From Nostoc sp. (GTDB lineage: Bacteria > Cyanobacteriota > Cyanobacteriia > Cyanobacteriales > Nostocaceae): a stretch of DNA of 64,000 nt. The position numbers and the translations under genes were made by a program. The notes beneath the pieces were generated by a model. That model did no database searches. It was not told the DNA's origin and saw only the letters and a list, made by a program, of their open reading frames with translations. The stretch lies in assembly GCA_036918135.1 (NCBI GenBank), contig JBALDB010000048.1, positions 32,001 through 96,000 of the forward strand, written 5' to 3'. This document shows, in pieces, positions 10,280 through 20,412 of this stretch. Every line of letters starts with the position of its first letter. The first letter of the stretch is position 1.

Positions 10280-11509
10280 CTATCCTGATTTATGATCTAA
10301 ACGAGTCGCTTGCTCAAGGGCGGCTTTTTCTTTGGCTCGGCGGGCATAGGGTTGTAGTTGGACGCGATCGCAACCTGTGAAAATACTCAGGTTTTCTAAA
10401 CTAATTCCCCGCATTAACATTTCGACTCGCCAGGTTTGTTGTGCTTGGGCGATGGCTGGCGGTTGTCCTTGGGGAGTTAATAATCCCTGACTCCATACTA
10501 GCCAACGTGTCTGAAGCTCTGATTCACAAATTGGTTTGCCTGTTTCATTGAGAAACATGGCTGTTTGATTATCTTTACGGCTTTTGAGCCATTTAATTAG
10601 AGGATTATTAGTATAAGAACCGTAGCGTTTACCCAAAATCCACTGATTTACAGGTACTTGCCGCACAGAGCCGGGAATTGTGATTTGCAGGAAGTGCCCT
10701 TGAGTATCGTAGATTTGGTGCGATCGCTCTAAGCTAATTATTTCTGTGGTGGATAATCCAGCGCCGAATAACACATAAGCTAAGGCATAATCTCGGACTC
10801 CGGATTTCTTAGCTTGTTGAACAATTGCATGAACTAAATTAGCAGGCAAATCAGCTATTTCTGCGATCATCGCGCTTCCTTGTAAGGAGTTGCTTGCTGA
10901 TTCTGCTGAGAATGACATAGCTCCATGTAAAAATAACTCTACCAAATTCTCTAGAAAATCATCCCGATCTTCCCAAAGTTCATGAAATTCACTAGTAAAT
11001 TCAATTACGGCATATCCCAAAATCATCCCATTGAGCAAACTGGCTAATTTCTCTGCAGGTAGATAGGTATTTAAGTGTCCTTGCTGGATGATAGTAGCTA
11101 AATACTGTGCCACATAACGGTTTGCCTCTGTTACTCCCCTACCTAAGGCGCGGCGATTTTCCGCTGGGAATTGGTCGGCTTCCCCTACTACAGAACGAAC
11201 AAATTCTGGCACTCGTTCTAAAGCATGTAAGCTGTCACTTGCATAATCTTTCAGAGCTTGGTAGACATTACCAGGAGGAGTTGCCCGCCGCACCAGCGAC
11301 TCACCTAGATTTTTGAAGGCTGCGGACTCTTCCAACACAGCCAAAAGCAGTCCGTGCTTATTGCCAAAATTCCGGAATAAGGTCACTTCGTTGACTTCGG
11401 CTTTTTCAGCTATTTGACGAGTTGTGGTAGCGCTGACTCCCTGAGCAGTAAATAATTCAAGTGCTGCTTGAATCAAGCGTTGACGAGTTGAAATGGGTTG
11501 AGAAGACAT
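10280..11509 (-). CDS. TetR-family regulator fused to a C-terminal tyrosine-recombinase-like domain lacking catalytic residues
   Basis: TRQRLIQAALELF..TTTRQIAEKAEVNEVTLFRNFGNK is a TetR HTH. The C-terminus has RDYALAYVLFGAGLSTTEIISL..LFLN-like AMFLNETG..EMLMRGISLENLSIFTG..Y. Start taken as ATG 11509 (MSSQ). Confidence 0.85.
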   Translation of the reverse strand: MSSQPISTRQRLIQAALELFTAQGVSATTTRQIAEKAEVNEVTLFRNFGNKHGLLLAVLEESAAFKNLGESLVRRATPPGNVYQALKDYASDSLHALERVPEFVRSVVGEADQFPAENRRALGRGVTEANRYVAQYLATIIQQGHLNTYLPAEKLASLLNGMILGYAVIEFTSEFHELWEDRDDFLENLVELFLHGAMSFSAESASNSLQGSAMIAEIADLPANLVHAIVQQAKKSGVRDYALAYVLFGAGLSTTEIISLERSHQIYDTQGHFLQITIPGSVRQVPVNQWILGKRYGSYTNNPLIKWLKSRKDNQTAMFLNETGKPICESELQTRWLVWSQGLLTPQGQPPAIAQAQQTWRVEMLMRGISLENLSIFTGCDRVQLQPYARRAKEKAALEQATRLDHKSG

Positions 11510-11516
11510 AGAAAAA

Positions 11517-11579
11517 TGCAAGTGGTACTTGCACGAAAATCAGAGTATTGCTAGGATTAAAATGTAAGCGATACTTGCT
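11517..11579. promoter_or_regulatory. Two candidate TetR operator palindromes
   Basis: Perfect TGCAAGT-GGT-ACTTGCA at 11517-11533 and imperfect TGTAAGC-GAT-ACTTGCT at 11563-11579, in the divergent promoter. Confidence 0.65.
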
Positions 11580-11723
11580 TGACTCTACCCTACGGATTTG
11601 CCAGTTGCTAATGGGGGAAACCCCCAAGATCGTACTGGCTTACTGTAGGAACTGGCGTACAGATTGGGAAAATCCCTTGGGAGAAAAGGCAAATCGCTGG
11701 ATTGTCCATCAACAGGAATTTTT

Positions 11724-12593
11724 ATGACCGCAAATATTGGAGCGCTCGGCAAAGGCATCATCCCTGAGAAAGGAAATTTACCCCAACTGAGTTGGAGTAA
11801 TGTAGTATTTTTTACTACATTTCATGTATTAGCACTTCTAGCTCCTTGGTTTTTTTCTTGGTCAGCATTAGGTTTACTTGTATTTCTCCACTGGTTATTC
11901 GGAAGTATTGGTATTTGCCTGGGATATCATCGACTACTAAGCCATCGGAGTTTTCAAGTTCCCAAGTGGTTAGAGTATGCGATCGCCTTAATCGGAGCGC
12001 TGGCTTTGCAAGGGGGACCAATTTTTTGGGTGGGTGGACACCGCCAGCATCACGCCCATACCGAAGATATCGATTTAGACCCCTACTCTGCTCAACGAGG
12101 ATTTTGGTGGAGTCATATGCTGTGGATTTTCTACCCGCGTCCAAAGTTTTTTGACTACGAAACCTATCAAAAGTATGCCCCAGATCTAGCAAAACAACCC
12201 TTCTATCGCTGGTTAGATCGTTACTTCTTACTATTACAAATTCCCTTCGGGCTACTGCTGTATGCCTTAGGAGGATGGTCATTTGTCATCTACGGAATGT
12301 TTGTTAGATGCGTCTTGCTTTGGCACTCAACCTGGTTTGTGAACTCTGCATCACACCTGTGGGGTTATCGCACCTTTGATGCCAATGATGGCGCTCGTAA
12401 TTTATGGTGGGTATCCCTGGTAACCTATGGAGAAGGATGGCACAACAACCATCATACTTATCCCCACATGGCCAAATCTGGCTTATCTTGGTGGGAAATT
12501 GATATTACTTGGTGGAGTATCCAAGTTTTGCAGACTTTAGGTTTAGCTAAAAAAGTTGTCTCCCGTCCTCCTCAAAGTGCAACTCGTGGCTAA
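11724..12593 (+). CDS. Delta-9-type acyl-lipid/acyl-CoA fatty acid desaturase (DesC-like)
   Basis: His boxes GYHRLLSH, HRQHH and HNNHH. AGGA precedes ATG 11724. Confidence 0.9.
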   Translation: MTANIGALGKGIIPEKGNLPQLSWSNVVFFTTFHVLALLAPWFFSWSALGLLVFLHWLFGSIGICLGYHRLLSHRSFQVPKWLEYAIALIGALALQGGPIFWVGGHRQHHAHTEDIDLDPYSAQRGFWWSHMLWIFYPRPKFFDYETYQKYAPDLAKQPFYRWLDRYFLLLQIPFGLLLYALGGWSFVIYGMFVRCVLLWHSTWFVNSASHLWGYRTFDANDGARNLWWVSLVTYGEGWHNNHHTYPHMAKSGLSWWEIDITWWSIQVLQTLGLAKKVVSRPPQSATRG

Positions 12594-12709
12594 ATTGCGA
12601 TCGCCCTTTGTCATTGGTCATTAGTCATTTGTATTTGCAAAGGACAAACGACTAATGACATATTTCACGATAAAATTGCAACGAGGCAAATCTCAGCATT
12701 ACATCAAGC

Positions 12710-13498
12710 GTGAAAACTGACAGCATTTTTTATCGCCTTTTTCAAGAATTTCCTAGCATCTTTTTTGAATTAATTGGCAACTCGCCCCAAACCGCAGAAG
12801 GTTATAAATTCTCTTCACTTGAAATCAAACAAACTGCATTCCGCATAGATGGTGTTTTTCTGCCAACACAAGGGGAAGAAAATCCGATTTACTTTGTAGA
12901 AGTCCAATTTCAAACCGATACAGAAATTTATTCGCGGCTAATTTCAGAAATTTGTTTATACTTACGTCAAAATCAACCTAAAAATTCTTGGCGAGGAGTA
13001 GTTATTTATCCCAATCGGAGTTTAGATACAGCGGACATTAAGAATTACAGTGAATTTTTTACTAGCCAGCGCATCAGTCGTATTTATCTTAATGAATTAG
13101 GTGAAACTGCATCATTGCCAGTTAGGATTGCTACTATGAAATTAGTAGTTGATGATGAGGATACAGCAATTATATCCGCCAGACAGTTAATAAATAGAAC
13201 CTAGTAAGAAATAAATATTGAACAACAGCGACGGCAGTTATTAGAATTAATAGAGACAATTTTGGTTTATAAATTTCCAATTATGAGTCGAGAGGAGATT
13301 GAAGGAATGTTTGGGTTAAGTGATTTGAAACAAACCCGAGTTTATCAAGAAGGCAAGCAAGAAGGAGCGCGTGAAGAAAAGTTGAGAATGATTCCTTTAT
13401 TATTGAGATTGGGATTGAGTTTTGAAGAAACAGCGAAAGAGTTAGGTTTAAGTTTAGAAGAGGTACTGCAAGAAAGGCAAAAACAGCCTCCAAGTTAA
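12710..13498 (+). pseudogene. Rpn/DUF2887-family PD-(D/E)XK nuclease (putative transposase) interrupted by tandem stops
   Basis: MKTDSIFYRLF..FRIDGVF..YFVEVQFQ. In-frame TAG TAA at 13202-13207, then the same frame continues EINIEQQRRQLLELIETILVYKF..LKQTRVYQE. Confidence 0.85.
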
Positions 13499-13621
13499 GA
13501 TGCCTAAACAAAATTAATCAGTAAACAAGAGATTGAGAGTATGTAATTAACAGTATAAGTAAATAGCGTGAAATGTCCTGATAATTTTCGGTTTAGACAA
13601 TTTTGAACTTTAATTTATTAT

Positions 13622-14677
13622 ATGATTTTCCTGTCTCCCACTCTTCAAGCTAGACTTTCGCAACCTTTAAAAATTGGCTCCTTCGAGGTCAAAAGTCGGG
13701 TTCTACAATCGCCTTTGTCTGGGGTAACAGATTTGGTATTTCGCCGCTTGGTGCGTCGCTATGCACCCGATTCTATGATGTATACCGAAATGGTAAATGC
13801 TACCGGGTTGCATTATGTTAAACAGTTACCCAAAATTATGGAGGTAGACCCCAACGAACGCCCAATTAGCATTCAACTATTTGATTGTCGTCCAGATTTC
13901 CTGGCAGAAGCAGCAGTCAAGGCAGTTGCAGAAGGTGCTGATACTGTTGATATTAATATGGGTTGTCCGGTAAATAAAATTACTAAAAATGGCGGCGGTT
14001 CTTCTCTGTTGCGGCAACCGGAAGTAGCCGAAGCAATTGTGCGAGAAGTGGTGAAAGCTGTTGATGTACCTGTGACAGTAAAAACCCGTATTGGTTGGAA
14101 TGACAAAGAAATTACGATTCTCGAATTTGCCAAGCGGATGGAAGATGCAGGGGCAAAAATGATTACAGTACACGGGCGTACCCGCGCTCAAGGATACAAT
14201 GGCAATGCCCGTTGGGAATGGATTGCGCGTGTTAAAAAAATACTTTCTATTCCAGTGATTGCGAATGGAGATATTTTTTCGATTGCAGCAGCAGTGAAAT
14301 GTTTAGAAGAAACTGGTGCTGATGGTGTGATGTGTTCCCGTGGGACTTTGGGTTATCCGTTTTTAGTCGGAGAAATCGATCGCTTCTTAAAAACTGGAGA
14401 AATATTACCACCACCAACTCCAATTGAACGCTTGGAATGTGCCAGAGATCATTTACAAGCCTTGTGGGAATATAAAGGCGATCGCGGTGTTCGTCAAGCC
14501 CGCAAACACATGACTTGGTATGCTAAAGGTTTTGTCGGCGCTGCGGAATTACGAGGACAATTAAGTGTAATTGAAACCGTAGATCGGGGTATAGAAATGA
14601 TTGACCAAGCAATTACCAAACTCGCTAATGGTTATGAATTAGAAGAAGAATCGCAAGATAATTTAGTAATGATTTAA
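13622..14677 (+). CDS. dusB: tRNA-dihydrouridine synthase B
   Basis: DINMGCP, TVKTRIGW, VHGRT and IANGDI motifs. Confidence 0.9.
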   Translation: MIFLSPTLQARLSQPLKIGSFEVKSRVLQSPLSGVTDLVFRRLVRRYAPDSMMYTEMVNATGLHYVKQLPKIMEVDPNERPISIQLFDCRPDFLAEAAVKAVAEGADTVDINMGCPVNKITKNGGGSSLLRQPEVAEAIVREVVKAVDVPVTVKTRIGWNDKEITILEFAKRMEDAGAKMITVHGRTRAQGYNGNARWEWIARVKKILSIPVIANGDIFSIAAAVKCLEETGADGVMCSRGTLGYPFLVGEIDRFLKTGEILPPPTPIERLECARDHLQALWEYKGDRGVRQARKHMTWYAKGFVGAAELRGQLSVIETVDRGIEMIDQAITKLANGYELEEESQDNLVMI

Positions 14678-14726
14678 AAAATACTCCATACATTGTATAT
14701 TTAACTAATCAAAGTGGAGGCTTGCA

Positions 14727-15281
14727 ATGTTGGTTTCCAAACATGAAGAAATTGTATCGATTCCCGAAATCTATTCTTTAGAAGATTTCATCACAAATCC
14801 TCCAGATGGGATGGAGTGGGTAGATGGACAACTAGTAGAAAAAACAGGGATGACATTAAGACATAGTGAAATTGAATTGAGTCTTGGTTTTTACTGGAGA
14901 AGTTATATTAACTCCAATCAATTGGGCGGCAAAGTTTATACTGAAGTGCCTTGTCGCACATACAAACAAGGCCGTCGTCCTGATGTGGCTTATCTGACAC
15001 CAGATTTAGTATCTCAATTTGGTAATGTTCCGACATTGCCACAAAGTTTTCCACTAATTGCAGAAATAGCTTCACCTACCGATTTAGCTGAAGAATTATT
15101 TTTAAAAGCCCAGGAGTATTTGCGGTCTGGTTGTGAGGAAATTTGGCTAGTATTTCCTGAGACTCATTTAGTTTTGGTCATGACTGATAATCAAGTTTTG
15201 GGTTTCAAAGCTGGTGATGTAATCCGCACCCAAAAAGTATTATTGGGTTTTAGTGTAGCTGTAGATAAATTATTAGCTTGA
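14727..15281 (+). CDS. Uma2-family endonuclease
   Basis: EWVDGQL, RRPDVAY, LIAEIASP and KAQEYL..GCEEIWLV. Confidence 0.9.
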   Translation: MLVSKHEEIVSIPEIYSLEDFITNPPDGMEWVDGQLVEKTGMTLRHSEIELSLGFYWRSYINSNQLGGKVYTEVPCRTYKQGRRPDVAYLTPDLVSQFGNVPTLPQSFPLIAEIASPTDLAEELFLKAQEYLRSGCEEIWLVFPETHLVLVMTDNQVLGFKAGDVIRTQKVLLGFSVAVDKLLA

Positions 15282-15293
15282 AAAAGAAAATTT

Positions 15294-15878
15294 TTATTCT
15301 CTGTAACTACCGCCAGTTATCTTACCTCGAAAAACAATGTATTGGTAAAGGTTATAAAACAGCATTATGGGAATGAGAAAGCCGATAAAAATAATCATAA
15401 TTACCAACGAACTGGGGTCGGCTGTTGCTTCATAGATAGTAATTTTATTAGGAATAATATACGGGAAAATAGTTAATCCCAAGCCGATGAACGACAACAC
15501 AAATAGCAGAATTGTCCAAACAAAAGGCGCTCTTTCTTCTTTGCGTTCGAGACTTTTCAAAAGTTGCCAAATTAACCAAACTCCCAACAAGGGAATGACT
15601 GCAAAGATATAAACTAAAGGTTTCTCAAACAACCGTAACCGAGCATTTTCATAAATTATTGGTGTTGTAATTGTAATGAAAATTGCACCAATTAAAGTTG
15701 TCACAGCAGAAATATTGGCAGTTTTATAGTGAGTTTCTTGCAATTCTCCTGTAGTTTTCCAAATCAGATAAGTCGAACCAATTAACACATATCCTTGAAT
15801 TAAAGTTAAAGCTACCAGCACCGATGGAATATTTAGTCAGTCCCAAGTTTTACCAATAAAGTGTCCCGTATCATTGAC
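15294..15878 (-). pseudogene. cydB: Cytochrome bd oxidase subunit II, 3' half only
   Basis: Frame reads VNDTGHFIGKTWD*LNIPSVLVALTLIQGYVLIG..FPYIIP..YNLYQYIVFRGK. The N-terminal half is missing and there is an internal TGA. Confidence 0.85.
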
Positions 15879-16051
15879 CAAAAGCGGGCATGGAGGTAGT
15901 AATCTGGATTACGAGTCTTTAGCCATACTCCTTCGACGATAACTAGATAAATTCCCATCCCTGTAGTCAAGACAGGCCAAAGCATATGGAATATTGCAGT
16001 CAGCGCAAATTGCATCCGTGATAGCACCACGGAATCCGATAAAAATTCCAT
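15874..16051 (-). pseudogene. cydA: Cytochrome bd oxidase subunit I, first ~59 codons only
   Basis: LSRMQFALTAIFHMLWP..ARFWS is the CydA N-terminus. It then runs out of frame into cydB sequence. Confidence 0.9.
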
Positions 16052-16683
16052 GAATATTCTCCATTAGCTAGTCCCCCTCTTAGGATAGACGTTGTGGGAC
16101 TGTTAACAATGCACCTAAAGTTTAGACTTGTGTAGGTTTAGGCAAGATTGAATGAAAGTATTTCTTACCTGTGATAACCAATGAAGCTATAGAATTGAAA
16201 AAACAGTATTATTTATTTGCCAACTCACTACAGAATTTTTTGAATGTCACGAATCAACTGGTCTTGGCTTTCTTGTTACTAATAATTATAAAAATTTATC
16301 TTTAAATCAGATAATTAGACTAAAAATTTGAATATTTTTATAGGCTCAAATGGTTCAGATAAAAGCAATTTTATAAATTGGTTGAAATTTTTAAAAGATA
16401 GTCTAATTAAAATTTATGATGAAAGTCACATAAAATAGTATTGACACTAGATGCAAATTCCTGAAACTCAGTCTCCATAAGGTGCGCGGATGGTTTACAA
16501 GTCCTATAGTTCTCAAAACTTTGTACACATTAAAATGCAGCGATTTTTTGTTTATTTTGATTTTCTACAGCTACCCATCCGCACATATGGCAACGAAATT
16601 AGCCTAATTGCTCACAAATACCACCATTAAGATAAGCGATCGCCTACCACTTGCACAGCTTCTAACCCTTGCCTGTGCAATGT

Positions 16684-17775
16684 CTAACTTACCAAATCAG
16701 GAAATACTTCTTGCACGGCTGGATGCACTAATTTATGATTGTACACATTTAGACCTTTAGCTAAGGCTGGGTTAACTTCCAATGCCTTAATTCCTAAATT
16801 CGCTAACTGCACAACATAAGGTAATGTACTATTGTTGAGTGCTTGAGTTGCTGTCCAAGGTACCGCCCCTGGCATATTGGGAACGCCGTAATGCACCACA
16901 CCTTCTTCAATGTATACCGGATTTGTGTGAGATGTCGTATGTAAGGTTTCCACACAACCGCCTTGGTCAACAGCAACATCAACTATTACCGAGCCAGGGT
17001 GCATTTGTTTGACTAATTCACGGGATACTAAGGTTGGTGCCCTACGTCCCAGTACTAAAACTGCACCGATGAGTAAGTCGGCTTGTTTGACGGCGGCTTC
17101 AATATGAGCGGAGTTGCTGTAAAGTAATTCGACTCTAGAGCCAAATAAGGTTTCTAAGTAAGATAATCGCTCGACACTCACATCTAAAATTTGGACGCTA
17201 GCACCCATGCCCACAGCAATTTTAGCTGCTTCTGTGCCGACAACTCCGCCACCGAGAATTACTACTTTACCTGGTTTGACTCCAGGTACACCACCCAAAA
17301 GCACACCTCTACCACCTTGCTGACGTTCTAGAAATCTCGCCCCAAATTGTACTGCTAGCCGACCGGCAATAACGCTCATGGGGGTGAGCAGAGGTAGTCT
17401 GTTAGCGCCTGGTTGTTCTACAGTTTCGTAGGCGATCGCACAAGTGCCACAATCAATTAAATGCTCTGTTAATTTGCGATCGGCTGCTAAATGTAAATAA
17501 GTAAATAATATTTGCCCTTTCTGCAAAAAATTATACTCTGATTTCAATGGCTCTTTGACTTTAACAACCAATTCCCGATTCCAAGTCGCTTCTGCTGTAG
17601 GGACAATCTCTGCTCCAGCGCTCTTGTAATCGTCATCTGTAAATCCAGCGCCATTACCTGCTTGTGTCTGGACAAAGATGCTGTGACCATTTTCCCGCAG
17701 CACCCGCACACTAGAAGGACTTAAACCTACGCGAAACTCTTGATCCTTATTTTCCTTGGGAACGCCGATTTCCAT
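16684..17775 (-). CDS. ald: Alanine dehydrogenase
   Basis: MEIGVPKE..EFRV, KVKEP, TYLHLA, GGGVVG, DVAVDQGG and PNMPG. Confidence 0.97.
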   Translation of the reverse strand: MEIGVPKENKDQEFRVGLSPSSVRVLRENGHSIFVQTQAGNGAGFTDDDYKSAGAEIVPTAEATWNRELVVKVKEPLKSEYNFLQKGQILFTYLHLAADRKLTEHLIDCGTCAIAYETVEQPGANRLPLLTPMSVIAGRLAVQFGARFLERQQGGRGVLLGGVPGVKPGKVVILGGGVVGTEAAKIAVGMGASVQILDVSVERLSYLETLFGSRVELLYSNSAHIEAAVKQADLLIGAVLVLGRRAPTLVSRELVKQMHPGSVIVDVAVDQGGCVETLHTTSHTNPVYIEEGVVHYGVPNMPGAVPWTATQALNNSTLPYVVQLANLGIKALEVNPALAKGLNVYNHKLVHPAVQEVFPDLVS

Positions 17776-18294
17776 GTACCGCCTCTGATAATTTTTTTGT
17801 TTAACTGTATCCTGCTAATCTCAAGCTTGCTACTTCCGTCTTGCTACTTCCGTATTACAGATAGCTGTATTAGAGATAGCTCATCTCTGTTCTAAGTTTC
17901 TCAATTTAATCTGAGTAGCTGCAAACTCTTACTCTTGACTATTGCCCCAGTATTTCTACAATATATAAAGAATAATAACAATTTATTAAAAGAGTGGTTG
18001 TATAGCTCCCTTCTAGGAAGATTTGGCTGAATTTCAAGAAGTCATCTTGGCATTCAAGCACTGCAATCAGCTCGTCAGCTACCAAAAGAGGCTAAAGGTT
18101 AAGGAAAGAAAAAGAAGTTAATACCTTTAACTTTTGAGATCGAGTCTGGCTAATCGCTTATCATTAGCATCTTTGTGCATCAGAGCATCGCTCTTAATGG
18201 TAAGTCTTCAACCAGACACGACATTACCCCTTGCCCAACCAATACCACAAAGTCTAATATCAAGTTCCGTCTGCCAAAAAGAGGTTTCTCAAAA

Positions 18295-18465
18295 ATGACA
18301 CAACCACAACCAACAGTTACACCTAAACTAGACGAGCCTAAGTTTGGCTTTAACGAATATGCTGAGCGGTTAAATGGTCGAGCCGCAATGATTGGCTTTG
18401 CTTTGATGCTGGTGATTGAATACGTCACCAATCAAGGAGTGCTATCATGGCTGGGTCTGAAGTAG
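18295..18465 (+). CDS. High-light-inducible protein (HLIP/SCP), single CAB helix
   Basis: FGFNEYAERLNGRAAMIGF (ExxNxR). GAGG lies upstream of ATG 18295. Confidence 0.95.
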   Translation: MTQPQPTVTPKLDEPKFGFNEYAERLNGRAAMIGFALMLVIEYVTNQGVLSWLGLK

Positions 18466-18513
18466 TGCCACGAACAAGCACATAAATTGTAAGCTAGTAT
18501 TTAGAAGAGTTTT

Positions 18514-18540
18514 AACCAGCTGGAACAACCAGTTGGTTTT
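18514..18540 (+). terminator. Probable intrinsic terminator after the hli gene
   Basis: AACCAGCTGG-AACAA-CCAGTTGGTT followed by TT. Confidence 0.5.
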
Positions 18541-18829
18541 GACTTTAATAATTGATAGCCAAGTACCTCGCACTCAAAACTTTAACTTAAATTTATTTGT
18601 AAATTGTTGCCGTAGAATGTAACCAACAGAGGAATAAAAATATCTATAAGCGCTCAAAATATCCGAAACTTGTAACTAGCAGATGTAAGAAGGTTAATAA
18701 CTACACTTCCTCCCCTATTAAAGAAAGTCATAATTAAATTACTTTATGCCTTAGATGAAAAAGGCAAAATATGGGTGAAGTATTCTTGGTCATAATATCC
18801 ACAAAAGGTGAACTGGAACTAATCAAGCT

Positions 18830-19126
18830 GTGATGAATGCTGTATTACCTCGTTTTTTAAAGTCAACCTACCGAAAAGAACCACTGATCGCTATATTGAT
18901 TACGATGGGTCTGGTAGATGCCCTAATTGGCGGATTGGATGATAGCTGGTCGTTGTTCGCTTTTGGTTTGGGAACGGCAGGGATAGCGCTAGGCTTTAAG
19001 TTATGGCGTATCCAGCAGCGTCGTCCCGTACCAGAGGAATCTATAGTACAACATTACTTGCCCTCTCGTTCTTCTAGTCCGTCTTTACCAATGCTAAGCG
19101 TTTCCAAGAAAAAACCACCTGTTTAG
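18830..19126 (+). CDS. Small cyanobacterial membrane protein with two TM helices
   Basis: 98 aa, two hydrophobic segments, YRKEP motif. Confidence 0.7.
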   Translation: MMNAVLPRFLKSTYRKEPLIAILITMGLVDALIGGLDDSWSLFAFGLGTAGIALGFKLWRIQQRRPVPEESIVQHYLPSRSSSPSLPMLSVSKKKPPV

Positions 19127-19284
19127 AGAGTACTGAGTTAAAGGTTAGGAGTAGAGACGCGATTAATCTTTGTCTGTACAAGCGATTATTCGCGTCTGTA
19201 CAAGATTTATGAGTGATAAATTCATAACTCTGGAAAATTTGTTTGTATGTGCTTTTATAACTATTTAAAAAGTGAGGAAAAATA

Positions 19285-20349
19285 GTGAGGAGTGAGGGAA
19301 GAGGTGGGGGGAATTTTGGGCGTCCGTATATTATCCTGGCATTTATGGCAGCTGTTGCCCTTTCAGTAACTACTTGGGAAGGGTTTTATATTCATCAGGC
19401 TGATGCTGCTATTGAATTTACACCAAACTCTAATATCAATAACTTTGCGAATTTTCAACTACTTTACACCCTCATAGGACACACCGGAACGGTTAAATCT
19501 CTAGCCTTCACTCCAGATAGTAGAATTCTTGTCAGCGGAGGTGCAGAAAATGAGGGTGTAATTCGCCTTTGGAATGCAGCAAATGGTAAAAAGTTGGGAA
19601 ATATTACCAAAGCACACCAAACCGCTATCGAATCTTTAGTAATTTCGCCAGATGGTCAAACCCTGGTTAGTTGTAGTGATGACAACACAATTAACCTCTG
19701 GAACCTGAAAAATTTGAAATTTAGTCGCTCTTTTGTAGGACATACTAGTAACGTACTATCTTTAGCGGTATCTCCTGATAGTAAAGTTTTAATTAGTGGA
19801 GCTTTAGATGGAATTCGCTTATGGGATTTGCTACAGCAGCGTCCACTTGGTACTTTAGTACGCTTTAACAATCTGATTTATACGGTAGCTATTAGTCCTG
19901 ATGGACAAACCTTGGCTAGTGGCGACAATAAAGGTGTGATTAAGCTGTGGAATTTAAGTACTGGTAAATTAATCAGTGAGTCAGTAGCTCATACTAATGC
20001 TGTTACTGCTGTCACTTTTACACCAGACGGACAAAAATTAGTTAGTGCTAGCCGCGATCGCACGATTAAAGTGTGGAATGTTAATAGTGGAGAATTATTC
20101 CGCACCCTTACAGGACATAATAACTGGGTAAATGCGATCGCCATTAACCCAGACGGACAAACTCTTGCTAGTGCTGGCAGAGATGGCATTAAATTGTGGA
20201 ATATAACTACAGGTGAGTTAATAACTACATTAACTGGACATACAGATTGGGTAAGTGCGATCGCTTTTAGTCCAAATGGGCGAATATTAGCTAGTGGTGG
20301 ATTCGACCGACAAATCAAGATTTGGGGAATTCCAATCAAACGTAAGTGA
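19285..20349 (+). CDS. WD40-repeat beta-propeller protein with N-terminal signal/TM segment
   Basis: Seven GH..SPDGQTLAS..IKLW repeats. Confidence 0.92.
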   Translation: MRSEGRGGGNFGRPYIILAFMAAVALSVTTWEGFYIHQADAAIEFTPNSNINNFANFQLLYTLIGHTGTVKSLAFTPDSRILVSGGAENEGVIRLWNAANGKKLGNITKAHQTAIESLVISPDGQTLVSCSDDNTINLWNLKNLKFSRSFVGHTSNVLSLAVSPDSKVLISGALDGIRLWDLLQQRPLGTLVRFNNLIYTVAISPDGQTLASGDNKGVIKLWNLSTGKLISESVAHTNAVTAVTFTPDGQKLVSASRDRTIKVWNVNSGELFRTLTGHNNWVNAIAINPDGQTLASAGRDGIKLWNITTGELITTLTGHTDWVSAIAFSPNGRILASGGFDRQIKIWGIPIKRK

Positions 20350-20412
20350 AAGCTGATTTAGCTTGAATATCAAAGTCTTTTGAGTTCTAGATTCTGAATT
20401 TTTATAATTCAA

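Noticed and set aside
10280..10860. Active integrase or excision element (xis-like)
   Set aside because: The catalytic Arg, Lys and HxxR residues are missing, and no interrupted host gene flanks it.
18175..18294. 40-aa N-terminal extension of the HLIP ORF
   Set aside because: ATG 18295 has an SD motif and gives the typical ~56-aa HLIP.
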